Shown here: positions 19,974-29,213 of the stretch, in pieces
Layout: every line of letters starts with the position of its first letter
How positions within the stretch are numbered: the stretch's first letter is position 1
Origin: an uncultured delta proteobacterium
GTDB lineage: Bacteria > Myxococcota > Myxococcia > Myxococcales > 40CM-4-68-19
Direction of reading: 5' to 3'
Assembly: GCA_903911145.1 (NCBI GenBank)
Contig: CAIWCD010000013.1
Coordinates: forward strand, 186,001-250,000
Length of the DNA stretch: 64,000 nt
Program-made: the position numbers and the translations under genes
The notes under the pieces: model-generated
Told to the model about the DNA's origin: nothing
Database searches by the model: none
Seen by the model: the letters and a program-made list of their open reading frames with translations, nothing else

Positions 19974-21985
19974 TACTCCTCCGCTCGCTGGTGCGCGAGG
20001 AGATCGCGCAGGCCGACCAGATAGAGCAGCACCACCAGCGGCGCGGTAATTCCCACGCGGGCAAGCGCGAGACCGGAATTGATGATGCTGGGGTCGTGGA
20101 CCAACCCGCGCAAGAGCACGAAGTTCGCGCAGACGATGCCCGTCAGCACGAGGAGACAGGCGCCGAAGAGCGGCCGCCCCATCAGGATCTGGGGAGCGCC
20201 CGAGAGAATCGCTGCCCCGCGCAGCAGCAGCTTGCGCCGCCAGCGGAAGCGCGCGACGGCGGCCTCCTTGCGGCCACGCTCGATGGGCTCGACATTGCTG
20301 CGGCGGATGAAGACGTTGACGCACTGGGCGCAAAGCGCCTCGCTCGGACGCGCATCGACGTCGCACCGCTTGCAGACTTCACGTCCGCACTTCTCGCATC
20401 GCGCGCACGGCCTGAGCGCTGCGCCCATCCGATGCAGCGCGATGAGCAGCAACGCACCAAGCAGAGGGAGAATCGGCGCCAGCTCCATGCGCGTAAAGCC
20501 TCCCGAGAGCGTGCGCGAGAGCTCGATCACCGGCTGCGCGCGGAGGAACTCAGCGTCTTCAAGAGCGCGGAGACTCGACGCCGGCAACCGCACATCCATG
20601 ACGAAGCGATTTGCCTTGCGATTGACCTGCAACTGGCCGCCCGTGAACGCTTCGACCGTCGCGCGGTCGAGCGCGAGCGCGCGGGTCTGCTCGGCCTGCA
20701 CCCGCTCGAGAGCCTCGACGCCGCCGATGCCCAGTGCGCGAGAGAGATTGAAATGGGCCTCCGCGAATCCATCTTGAAGCTCGATCGCCTGGCTGTACTG
20801 CGCAGTCGCCTTGTCTGCCGCACCGAGGAGCAGTTCGACGTTGCCGAGATTGTTGTGCGCCGCAGCCAGACTCTCACTCGACAAGCCCGTCGCCTCGAGC
20901 GCGCGCGTGTAGAGCCGTTCGGCGGTGAGGAGATCCCCTTCGCGCTTGGCCCTCCTCGCCAGCGCGAAGGAGACGGGAAACTCAGGCGTGGACTGCTCCA
21001 GCCGATTCGACAACCGCGCCAGAGCCGCCGCAGACCCCTCACCACGCTCGACATTCCACAGGTCAGCAGCTGGACCCGCGAACGAGAGATCGCCCGCGAT
21101 GCGCTGCACCGCGAATGGGCTCGCCGCGACGCCGAGCAGAATGACGACGCCGACACCCAACTCGCGAGCGCTCGCATAGAGCGTGCACGCAAGCAGGAGC
21201 GTGCAGAACATCGGGACCGGTCCGAGTTCGACGAGCAGCGGGAGCAGGAGCAGCGCGGCCGCGAGCACATTGGTCTGCCAGGTGCGCGCGCCATTCGGGA
21301 AAAGATGGTGCACGTCGTGAAAGTAGAGCGACGCGTAGCGAACGAAGAGCAGCAGAGTAAAGAGAGCGCTCGCGATCAGCAGACCGAGCAGGAGGATCGC
21401 ACCGAGATTTACACGCAGCGCAGACGCAGCGCGCGCATCGCGAGTGACGGCCGAGGCGGCTTCGCCCGCGGAATGCAGAGCCGCACGGAGGCTCGCGGGC
21501 TCGAACGAGAAGGAGGCACGGGCCTGGCAGAGATGGGCCTCCGCGAAGTCGGGAGCAAACGCGATCGCGCGCGCGCACCGGCTGAGTGCCAGCGAGTTGG
21601 AGCCGGCCGCGAGCGCCCCGTCCGCCTCATGGATCAGCGCAGCCGAGATGGTGAAGAGATTGTCGATCGCGAGCTCGTCCTTGAGCTGGCCTATGCGCTG
21701 CTCCTCGTCGTCCGCGCGACGCTCATCGCGATCGCGCAGATAGCCGAGGCGCAGCGCCCAGTGGACGGCGATCTGATCGAACTTCTCCTGCGGCAGAGTG
21801 AGGCCAAACCGCATCGCGCCGAGCGCCGACTCCGCGTCGTCGATGCCGTTGTCGCCCGCGCCCAGAGCGGTCGCGCCGCTCTTGACTTGCGGCACAGGAG
21901 CGGCGCCCACCGCGCCAGCGACCAGCGCAAGCGACAGACCGATTGTGCAAGCGCGAGCGCGGGCGTGGCCGCGAAGGTCGATCAC
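19973..21985 (-). CDS. Membrane TPR protein with Cys-rich zinc-finger segment
   Basis: TPR motifs (AHNNLGNV, AEAHFNLS), several TM helices, CEKCGREVCKRC...LCAQC. GTG 21985 chosen as start because the longer ORF overlaps mazG. Confidence 0.8.
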   Translation of the reverse strand: MIDLRGHARARACTIGLSLALVAGAVGAAPVPQVKSGATALGAGDNGIDDAESALGAMRFGLTLPQEKFDQIAVHWALRLGYLRDRDERRADDEEQRIGQLKDELAIDNLFTISAALIHEADGALAAGSNSLALSRCARAIAFAPDFAEAHLCQARASFSFEPASLRAALHSAGEAASAVTRDARAASALRVNLGAILLLGLLIASALFTLLLFVRYASLYFHDVHHLFPNGARTWQTNVLAAALLLLPLLVELGPVPMFCTLLLACTLYASARELGVGVVILLGVAASPFAVQRIAGDLSFAGPAADLWNVERGEGSAAALARLSNRLEQSTPEFPVSFALARRAKREGDLLTAERLYTRALEATGLSSESLAAAHNNLGNVELLLGAADKATAQYSQAIELQDGFAEAHFNLSRALGIGGVEALERVQAEQTRALALDRATVEAFTGGQLQVNRKANRFVMDVRLPASSLRALEDAEFLRAQPVIELSRTLSGGFTRMELAPILPLLGALLLIALHRMGAALRPCARCEKCGREVCKRCDVDARPSEALCAQCVNVFIRRSNVEPIERGRKEAAVARFRWRRKLLLRGAAILSGAPQILMGRPLFGACLLVLTGIVCANFVLLRGLVHDPSIINSGLALARVGITAPLVVLLYLVGLRDLLAHQRAEE

Positions 21986-22078
21986 GCGGCGCACCCTAGC
22001 AGGCCAACTGCGCTCGCTCCATTCCACAATTGGCCTCGCGCAGCGAACACCCGATCGAGCGTGGTAGATGCGTCGCCC

Positions 22079-22942
22079 ATGACCGCGAACACGAACGATC
22101 CGCTCGCGCGCTCCCAGCAAGCCTGTGCGCGCCTTCTTCGCATCATGGACCAGCTGCGCGGCCCCGATGGTTGCCCGTGGGACCGAGAGCAGACGCTGCG
22201 CTCGCTGACGCCCTATCTGCTCGAAGAAGCGCACGAGGTGATCGAGGCGATCGAGAGCGGCGACCACGAGAATCACCGCGAGGAGCTCGGCGATCTGCTC
22301 TTTCAGGTGGTCTTCCAGTCGCGCATCACGCGCGAGGAGGGTCGCTTCGATTTCGCGGACGTCTGCGACGGCATCTCCGACAAGCTGACCCGCCGCCATC
22401 CGCACGTGTTCGGCGAGACGACCGTGAGCGGCTCAGCTGAGGTGCTGAAGAACTGGGAGCTCATCAAGGCCGAGGAGAGAAAGGCTCGCGGGGATAAGCC
22501 GCGCTCTGCAATCGGGGGCGTGCCAGCCGGCCTGCCTGCGCTGGTCCGCGCCGAACGAATCACTGACAAGGCGTCGGCCGTGGGGTTCGACTGGAGCCGC
22601 ACCGCGGACGTGCTGGCGAAGGTGCGCGAGGAGCTGGGTGAACTCGAGCGTGAACTCGCGCCGGAGGGAGGAGCCGCTCCCGACCGCGCGCGCATCGAGG
22701 CAGAATTGGGAGACCTGCTCTTCTCGCTGGCCAATCTCGGGCGCTTCGTCAAGGTCCATCCCGAGGAGGCGCTGCGTGGAACCGTGCGGCGTTTTGAGGC
22801 GCGCTTTCATCACATCGAATCGCGCCTGGCCGCGTCCGGACGCACTCCGCGCGATTCCACGCTGGCCGAGATGGATGCATTTTGGAATGAGGCAAAAGAG
22901 CTTGAGCGCGCACAACCGGCACGCAGCCTGCCTGGGGCTTGA
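22079..22942 (+). CDS. mazG: Nucleoside triphosphate pyrophosphohydrolase MazG
   Basis: LRGPDGCPWDREQT, EEAHEV, EELGDLLFQV, RRHPHVF and GFDW motifs, with a second ELGDLLF. Confidence 0.95.
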   Translation: MTANTNDPLARSQQACARLLRIMDQLRGPDGCPWDREQTLRSLTPYLLEEAHEVIEAIESGDHENHREELGDLLFQVVFQSRITREEGRFDFADVCDGISDKLTRRHPHVFGETTVSGSAEVLKNWELIKAEERKARGDKPRSAIGGVPAGLPALVRAERITDKASAVGFDWSRTADVLAKVREELGELERELAPEGGAAPDRARIEAELGDLLFSLANLGRFVKVHPEEALRGTVRRFEARFHHIESRLAASGRTPRDSTLAEMDAFWNEAKELERAQPARSLPGA

Positions 22943-23009
22943 TGTTGCGCGGCCTCGAACTCGCACCGTGCAACTCCGCGAAAGACTCAACGTTCTGGGT
23001 TGGTGCGAC

Positions 23010-23243
23010 TTTCCCCAACCCTCGAAACCGCCTGTGGGCAACTTGTGGACGGGGCGAAATCCCTTCCCTTTTGGTCGCGGTGAGTTGCCGAAATTACGCA
23101 CTCAAAGCATCTTCGACGAGCTCCATTTTTCCTCGTCGTAATCGATGCTTGCAGGATCCGGGAAAACCGCAAATGCTCGACCCGCAAATCCCTGATGCCT
23201 CATTATCGATTTATCCCCAGAGGAGTGGACAACGTGTGGGCGA
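23010..23243. promoter_or_regulatory. Cluster of DnaA-box-like 9-mers
   Basis: TGTGGGCAA 23033, TGTGGACGG 23044, TTATCCCCA 23211, AGTGGACAA 23224 and TGTGGGCGA 23235; each has 1-2 mismatches to TT(A/G)TCCACA or its complement. Confidence 0.45.
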
Positions 23244-23351
23244 ACAATCCGCGGATTGAACTGATTGGCTGTCTGGATTCCGTTCACTCTCGCGGATGAA
23301 TATTCCTAAGAACCATCCTGCGCGGCGACGATTTGAAGGCAATCGCGGGCG

Positions 23352-23380
23352 TTGACAGTGCGCCCCCGCGGTGCTATCTG
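23352..23380 (+). promoter_or_regulatory. sigma70-type promoter of rpsT
   Basis: TTGACA (23352-23357), 17-nt spacer, TATCTG (23375-23380) with a TGn extension. Confidence 0.7.
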
Positions 23381-23424
23381 CGCCGTCCCTTTTTGCCCAA
23401 CGTTTTTCCAGAGCGAGCAACCCA

Positions 23425-23697
23425 GTGGCCAATACGAAATCCGCAGAGAAGGCGAACCGCCAGTCGACCAAGCACCGCGCGCGCAACTCGCACGCCAACT
23501 CGACGCTGCGCACCTCCGTCCGCAAGTTTCGCGACACGCTCGAAGGCGCCGATGCCGCCGCCGTGACGACGGGCCTCAAGGCCGCCGTGCGCGAGATCGC
23601 CAAGGCCGCCAGCAAGGGCATCATCCACAAGTCGCAGGCCGCGCGCCGCATCTCGCGCTTGAGCAAGGCCGCGCACGCGAAGAGCGTCGCGAAGTAG
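23425..23697 (+). CDS. rpsT: 30S ribosomal protein S20
   Basis: MANTKSAEKANRQS...N...LRTSVRKF...AASKGIIHKSQAARRISRL; GTG start. Confidence 0.96.
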   Translation: MANTKSAEKANRQSTKHRARNSHANSTLRTSVRKFRDTLEGADAAAVTTGLKAAVREIAKAASKGIIHKSQAARRISRLSKAAHAKSVAK

Positions 23698-23746
23698 TTG
23701 CAGCGGCGCCGCGGCAGTCGCACGCGGCGCATCACCAAGGTGTGCA

Positions 23747-23771
23747 GCGCCGGACCGCAGAGGTCTGGCGC
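23747..23771. terminator. Hairpin between convergent rpsT and lptE
   Basis: GCGCCGGACC-gcaga-GGTCTGGCGC stem. Confidence 0.45.
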
Positions 23772-23772
23772 G

Positions 23773-24282
23773 CTACCTCCCCGCAAGCTCCATCCGCTCG
23801 AGCGCTTCGCGAACCAGCTTGTCCGCGAGGCGCCGCAACGCCGTGCGCCGATTCGCCTCGGTGCCGAGCACGTCGATGCCTTGCAGGTAATCCTCGCCCG
23901 CGCTCGCGTTGTCCTCGTAGAGCAGGCCATCCGCTCCGACGATGCGCAACCGCACGTCAGCCGCGAGATGAAACGCAGACGCGCCCGTCGCGCCGAGAGC
24001 GCTCGGGTAGTCGTGCAACGCGCGCAGGTCGCCCTGCAGCGAAGCGGCGCTCGAGTCGCCCTCCACCGCGAGTCGCCCGTGGGCCGCGAGCGCATCGCGC
24101 ATTGCGCCGGCAAAGAGACCGCCGACGTCGGCGAAGGCAGTCTGGTTGGTGAACGGCGCCACCGCGAGGGACTTTCCTCCACCTGGCAATGGCGCACCGC
24201 GAGCCAGCGAATATCCGCAAGAGTCGAGCGCCCCGAGCAGCAGGAGCGCGGCCGCGGCGCGACTGAATGAGCGCTCATTCAT
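23773..24282 (-). CDS. lptE: LptE-like lipoprotein
   Basis: Lipobox LDSCGY, 'LAVAPFTNQT', position directly downstream of leuS. Confidence 0.75.
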   Translation of the reverse strand: MNERSFSRAAAALLLLGALDSCGYSLARGAPLPGGGKSLAVAPFTNQTAFADVGGLFAGAMRDALAAHGRLAVEGDSSAASLQGDLRALHDYPSALGATGASAFHLAADVRLRIVGADGLLYEDNASAGEDYLQGIDVLGTEANRRTALRRLADKLVREALERMELAGR

Positions 24283-24339
24283 TCTCGTGCGCTCCTTCCC
24301 GGATTCACGCGCGGCCGCCATGGAAGCGGACGCGCGCGA

Positions 24340-26901
24340 TCAGCCGATGACCACGAAGTTGACGAGCCGCTTGGGGATGACGACGACCTTCTTGATCGTC
24401 TTGCCTGCGATCCAGACGCGCACTTTCGGATCGTGCGTCGCGACCTCGCGGACCTCGTCATCCGTGGCGCCGGCTGCGACCTGGATTTCGCTGCGCAGCT
24501 TCCCGTTGACCTGCACGGCGATCTGGAAGACGTCGTCGACGACCAACGCAGCTTCGGCGACGGGCCACGCTGCCAGCGACAACTCGGGGATCTCCTTCGC
24601 TGGGACGCCCTCGTGCAGCGCAGCCCAGAGCTCCTCGGCGGCGTGCGGTGCGAATGGCGCGAGCAGCTGCGCCAGGCTTGCGAGGCACTCAAAGAGCGCG
24701 CCCTGTGCAGCGGAGTCGGTCGCGTCGAGCTCAGCGGCGGCGTTCGACAACTCCATCAGCGACGAGATGCCGGTATTGAACTGGAGCCGCTCGAGCTGCT
24801 GCGTCACGCGCGCGATCGTCTTGTGCGTGCGCCTGCGAAGTTCGAGCGCCGTCCCATGCGAATCGATCTTGGCCGCGCCCAGCGCAGCCCGCGCGCTCGC
24901 CACGCCCTCGCTGCCCATCTTCGTCAGCGCGCCGTGGAACAACCGGAAGAGGCGGATGAGGAAGCGATGCTGTCCTTCGATCTGGTCGTCGCTCCAGTCC
25001 ATGTCCTTCTCGGCCGGGGCCGCGAAGAGCATGAAGAGGCGCGCGGTGTCGGCTCCGTAGCGGGTGATGATGTCGCGGGGCGAGACGGCGTTGCCCTTGC
25101 TCTTCGACATCTTCTCGCCATCGCGGCCCTTGACGATCCCCTGCGTGACGAGGCGCTGCGCCGGCTCGCTGACCGCGCAGAGACCGAGCTCGTGCATCAC
25201 CATCGTCCAGAAGCGGAAGTAGAGCAGGTGCATGACCGCGTGCTCAGGACCGCCGACGTAGACGTCGATCGGCATGAAGCGATCGGCGTCCTTGCGCGAG
25301 AACGGCGCCTTCGTCTCGTGCGGCGAGAGATAGCGCGCCCAGTACCAGGTCGAGTCGACGAACGTATCCATCGTCTCGGCCTCGCGGCGCGCGGGCCCAT
25401 TGCACTTCGGGCAGGTCGTCTTGATCCAGTCGTGGACCTTCGCGAGCGGCGGCTCGCCCTTGCCCGTCAGCACTTCCTTGACGTCGATGTCGGGCAGCAC
25501 CACCGGCAGCTGCGCGTCGGGCACGGGAATGCCCTTGTGCTCGGGATCGCACGACTCGCAGTAGACGATCGGGATCGGCGTGCCCCAGTAGCGCTGCCGC
25601 GAAACGCCCCAATCGCGCAGATGGTAATTGACCGTCGGCTTTCCCACGCCGCGCCGCTGCGCCTCGGCCGCGATCGCCAGGCGCGCCTGTGCGCTCGGCA
25701 TCCCGCTGAACTCAGCGGAGTCGAAGAGCAGGCCCTGCGCGGTGAAGGCCTTCTTGGTATCGACCACGCGCTTCTTGCCGACCAGCGTGATCTCCTCGCC
25801 AGTCGCCTCGCGGATCACGTAGCTGATCGGCAGGTCGTATTTCTTGGCGAACTCGAAGTCGCGCTCGTCGTGCGCGGGAACGCTCATGACTGCGCCGGTG
25901 CCGTAGCCAGAGAGGACGAAGTTGGCCGCCCAGACCGGGATCTCCGCACCCGTGAAGGGATTGCGCGCGGTGAGGCCCGTGAAGATTCCCTGCTTCTCAG
26001 CAGCGGCAGCGCCTGCGCCGTCGCGTTTGGCCGCGATGCGACACTCCCTCGCGAAGGACGAGATCTGCTCCTGCTTGTCGGCGGGCGCGAGCGCGAGAAC
26101 GGGGTGGTCCGGCGCCACGGCCATATACGTCGCGCCGAATATCGTGTCGGCGCGCGTGGTGAAGACGCGGATGGAGGCCTTGCTGCTCGCGTTGGCGACC
26201 TCGAAGTCGATCTCGAGACCGTCAGAGCGGCCGATCCAGTTGCGCTGCATCGCGATGATGCGCTCAGGCCAGTCGAGCGTCTTGAGACCCTCGAGCAGTT
26301 TGTCCGCGTAGGCCGTGATGCGGAACGCCCACTCGGGGATCTCGCGCTCCTCGACGACCGACGAGCAGCGCCAGCACTGCCCCTCCTCGACCTGCTCGTT
26401 GGCGAGCACGGTGTTGCACGAGGGGCAGAAGTTCACGCGCGCGATGCGGCGATAGACGATGCCGCGCTCGAGCATGCGCAGGAAGAACCACTGATTCCAG
26501 CGGTAGTAGGCCGGGTCGCTGGTGGCGATCTCTCGCGACCAGTCGACGGAGATGCCGAGCCTCACGACATCGGTCTTGAACGACGCGATGTTCTTCGGCG
26601 TGCGGATGGCCGGATGCACGCCCTCCTTGATCGCGGCGTTCTCGGCGGGCAGACCGAACGAGTCCCAGCCGAACGGGTGCAGCACGTCCATGCCCTTCTT
26701 GCGGTAGTAGCGCGCGAGCACGTCGGTGATCGAGTAGACGCGCGCGTGCCCCATGTGCATCTCGCCCGAGGGGTACGGGAGCATGGCGAGGACGTAGTAC
26801 TTGGGCGCGCCTTCGCGCGATCCGGCGCGGAAGAGATCCTTCGCGGCCCAATGCTCCTGCCACTTCGACTCGAACGTCTGCGGCTCGTAGCGGTCCTGCA
26901 C
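24340..26901 (-). CDS. leuS: Leucine--tRNA ligase
   Basis: PYPSGEMHMGH (HIGH), FTTRADT, GTGAVMSVPAHD (editing domain), KMSKS, VQVNGKLR. Confidence 0.98.
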   Translation of the reverse strand: MQDRYEPQTFESKWQEHWAAKDLFRAGSREGAPKYYVLAMLPYPSGEMHMGHARVYSITDVLARYYRKKGMDVLHPFGWDSFGLPAENAAIKEGVHPAIRTPKNIASFKTDVVRLGISVDWSREIATSDPAYYRWNQWFFLRMLERGIVYRRIARVNFCPSCNTVLANEQVEEGQCWRCSSVVEEREIPEWAFRITAYADKLLEGLKTLDWPERIIAMQRNWIGRSDGLEIDFEVANASSKASIRVFTTRADTIFGATYMAVAPDHPVLALAPADKQEQISSFARECRIAAKRDGAGAAAAEKQGIFTGLTARNPFTGAEIPVWAANFVLSGYGTGAVMSVPAHDERDFEFAKKYDLPISYVIREATGEEITLVGKKRVVDTKKAFTAQGLLFDSAEFSGMPSAQARLAIAAEAQRRGVGKPTVNYHLRDWGVSRQRYWGTPIPIVYCESCDPEHKGIPVPDAQLPVVLPDIDVKEVLTGKGEPPLAKVHDWIKTTCPKCNGPARREAETMDTFVDSTWYWARYLSPHETKAPFSRKDADRFMPIDVYVGGPEHAVMHLLYFRFWTMVMHELGLCAVSEPAQRLVTQGIVKGRDGEKMSKSKGNAVSPRDIITRYGADTARLFMLFAAPAEKDMDWSDDQIEGQHRFLIRLFRLFHGALTKMGSEGVASARAALGAAKIDSHGTALELRRRTHKTIARVTQQLERLQFNTGISSLMELSNAAAELDATDSAAQGALFECLASLAQLLAPFAPHAAEELWAALHEGVPAKEIPELSLAAWPVAEAALVVDDVFQIAVQVNGKLRSEIQVAAGATDDEVREVATHDPKVRVWIAGKTIKKVVVIPKRLVNFVVIG

Positions 26902-26949
26902 GTGTTCGTCCTGCCTCTCTTAAAAATGGCCGCGGAGTTTACATCAAGC
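26878..26949. repeat. leuS 5' end and leader, copy 1 of a direct repeat
   Basis: ctgcggctcgtagcggtcctgcacgtgttcgtcctgcctctcttaaaaatgg...ttacatcaag, matched by 29049-29118. Confidence 0.88.
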
Positions 26950-27105
26950 GGGGGGTTGTGGCGGTGAATCGTAGGGGCGCCTCAGCGCAAAGCAGCGGCG
27001 GCGCCAAGATGATCACCCCACCTCGAAACGAGCGTCCTCGTTTGCGTGCTCGAGCGCAGGTGGCGCGCAGTTCACCGCCGGCACTGTGCGCCCTGCTCGT
27101 GTGGC

Positions 27106-28959
27106 CTACTGGGGAGGAGGAAGCAGCATCATGCGCCGGGTATCGGTGATGAAGCCGAGCTTCAATCGGCTCACCTCGTTCGGCGGGACGGCGAGCCAGG
27201 GATGCCACTCGCGCCAGGTGCCGGCCAACGTCTCGGGCGACGCGGGATAGAGCCTGCGCGGGTAGAGCGCGTAATTCGAAATGAAGTAGTTCTCGGTGCC
27301 GATCAGTGCACCAGAGGCCGCTGGAGCGACGTGCGCATCGACCGAGCGTGCGAAGGCCCAGGATGGATCACGCAGGTAGTAGCCGGCGCCCATCGTCCCC
27401 TTGCTCGACATCTGGTCGAGTTCCCGCTTGGTGGCTTTCATCGAATCGACAAAGGACGCCCCCCAGCCGAAACAACAGGCCGCGAGCGCGCACGCGATGA
27501 TGACGGAGGTCGTTCGCGAGAGGCGGCGCGGCGCGATGATGCTCGCGCCGACCAGCACCGCAAATGCAAGCGGCGGGAATGCGGGCGCGAGGATCCGTCC
27601 GAGCGTCACCTGGTAGAGATCCGAACCCCAAGGCGTGACCAGGTAGATGCAGAAGAAGGCAGCCATCACGACGGTGAACCAGCTCAGCGAGAGAAGCGCC
27701 AGGGAGGCACTGCGGCGGATCGCGGGATCGGGATCGCGCAACCGCCAGAGGCAAGCGGCGAGGATCGGTGGCGCCACCAGCAGCGTCGCAAGCCATTGCG
27801 AGCCCGTCAGCATGTCGCGCCAGCCGCGCCAGATTGCCGGCCACATCGTGAGGCCGCGTGTCCAAGCCTGCGGGTCCAGGAGACGGCTCGGATAGTTTTC
27901 GTGCCGCTGCGGGAGGTGGACGAACACTGCAATCCAGACAGCACCGAGGAGGATCGCCGGCCCGATGTACCTCAGCTGGCGCAGCCGTTGCCGCAACGGC
28001 CCCGCTCGAAACGACGCCAGGACAAAGAGCGTGTGCAGGCCGATGAACGCGAGGCCGAGCATCATCCCTTCGTTCTTGGTGAAGAGCAGACCGAAGAGAA
28101 AGATCGGCAACCGCGCAAAGTCGCCCGCGAACAGCGACGACGTGATCACTGCGGAGAACAACAGGACGATCAGGTCGACATGACCGTCCATGTTCTGATT
28201 CGGCCCAGCGACGAGCGGGATGAGCCCGAGCAACGCGACGTTTGCGGCGCAGGCATAGAGGTCGCGGCCGGTTGCCCGGCGCATATCCCCGAAGACGATC
28301 GACAGCGTCGCCAGCCACGCGATCGATTCCCAGATCTTCACCCAGTCATCGCGGAACGAGCCGGTCAAGCGGAAGAAGTATGAGTAGAGCAGCGGCGCCA
28401 GCAGCGGGTAATCGGGGTGCGTGCCCGCCCAGACCGGCTCCTTGACGTAGTGGCTGTCGAACAGGCACTCGCACGCGAGCACCTTGCCGTGGAAGGCCCA
28501 GATGGCGGTCAGGTCGGATCCGAGCGGCATCGCGACTGCGACCAGACGCAGCGAGAGCGGCAGGCCGATCACGAGCATCAAGAGGCCAAGCCAGCGGGAG
28601 CGGGCGCTCAGAGAAACATCCGGAGCGGGAGTCGCGGCGGTCACTCGATTCGGGTTCGCGCGCCGCAGCGCCCAGAGGGACACTGCGCCCGCTGCGACGC
28701 CGGTGAACGCGACCAGACCAGCCTCGTGGCAAAAGCCGGAGATGGTGCCGGTGAGCAAGAGCAGCGAAACAATGGCGACGCCGTTCAAGAACGCGTGCGC
28801 GACGCTGAAGCGGCCAAAGAAGCGGCGCAGTGCGACCTCTACGCAGAGGCCCCAGCCGAGAATCCCGCAGACGCCAAGTATGCAGCCTTCCGCCAGCCGC
28901 AGCGCCGGCGCGTCGAGTGCGTCTTGCAATGACGCCTGGCAGATATCGACGGCGATCAC
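27106..28959 (-). CDS. Polytopic membrane protein, GT-C (family 39-like) glycosyltransferase type
   Basis: More than 10 hydrophobic segments; 'DLTAIWAFHGK', 'HPDYPLLAPLL' and 'TKNEG' motifs recognised from GT-C-like proteins. Confidence 0.65.
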   Translation of the reverse strand: MIAVDICQASLQDALDAPALRLAEGCILGVCGILGWGLCVEVALRRFFGRFSVAHAFLNGVAIVSLLLLTGTISGFCHEAGLVAFTGVAAGAVSLWALRRANPNRVTAATPAPDVSLSARSRWLGLLMLVIGLPLSLRLVAVAMPLGSDLTAIWAFHGKVLACECLFDSHYVKEPVWAGTHPDYPLLAPLLYSYFFRLTGSFRDDWVKIWESIAWLATLSIVFGDMRRATGRDLYACAANVALLGLIPLVAGPNQNMDGHVDLIVLLFSAVITSSLFAGDFARLPIFLFGLLFTKNEGMMLGLAFIGLHTLFVLASFRAGPLRQRLRQLRYIGPAILLGAVWIAVFVHLPQRHENYPSRLLDPQAWTRGLTMWPAIWRGWRDMLTGSQWLATLLVAPPILAACLWRLRDPDPAIRRSASLALLSLSWFTVVMAAFFCIYLVTPWGSDLYQVTLGRILAPAFPPLAFAVLVGASIIAPRRLSRTTSVIIACALAACCFGWGASFVDSMKATKRELDQMSSKGTMGAGYYLRDPSWAFARSVDAHVAPAASGALIGTENYFISNYALYPRRLYPASPETLAGTWREWHPWLAVPPNEVSRLKLGFITDTRRMMLLPPPQ

Positions 28960-29072
28960 GCTGCGCGCACCGAGAGCGGGCGATCGAACGAAGCGTCCGG
29001 ACTCGGGCAGGTCTGGCCAACCCGACGGCCACCGACCGCGCGCCTTCTCTGCTGCTCGTCACGGTCCTGCAC
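28956..29072 (-). other. 38-codon ORF starting with a degenerate copy of the LeuS N-terminus
   Basis: GTG 29072 gives MQDRDEQQRRRAVGG...SVRAA* (LeuS begins MQDRYEPQ). Its TGA (28958-28956) overlaps the GTG start of the GT-C gene. Confidence 0.6.
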
Positions 29073-29118
29073 GCGTTCGTCCTGCCTCTCTGAAAAAGGG
29101 GGCGCACCTTACATCAAG
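29049..29118. repeat. leuS 5' end and leader, copy 2 of a direct repeat
   Basis: ctgctgctcgtcacggtcctgcacgcgttcgtcctgcctctctgaaaaaggg...ttacatcaag; 29 of 30 identical over the core starting at cggtcc. Confidence 0.88.
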
Positions 29119-29213
29119 GGAGCGGGCGTCCAGCGAATTGTCGAGCGCGCTGCGGCTCCTCCAACGGGGCGGTGAAAGGCGAGACCAACACGCCCTGCCA
29201 TCCTGTGAAAGCA

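Noticed and set aside
19991..22078. Apparent 696-aa N-terminal extension of MazG (a possible fusion)
   Set aside because: Lies antisense to the TPR gene, is Arg-rich without motifs, and MazG homology starts at ATG 22079.
22079..22942. mazG as an anti-phage or toxin-antitoxin module
   Set aside because: It is the two-domain housekeeping form, with no mazEF or defence genes nearby.
24433..26967. 844-aa plus-strand ORF
   Set aside because: Antisense shadow of leuS.
26960..27079. 120-bp segment bounded by GGCGGTGAA/TTCACCGCC, considered as an attC site or MITE
   Set aside because: Only 9-bp GC-rich arms, no RYYYAAC/GTTRRRY pair and no integrase. A 12-mer shared with the 47087 element (TGAACTGCGCGC) is too little to call.
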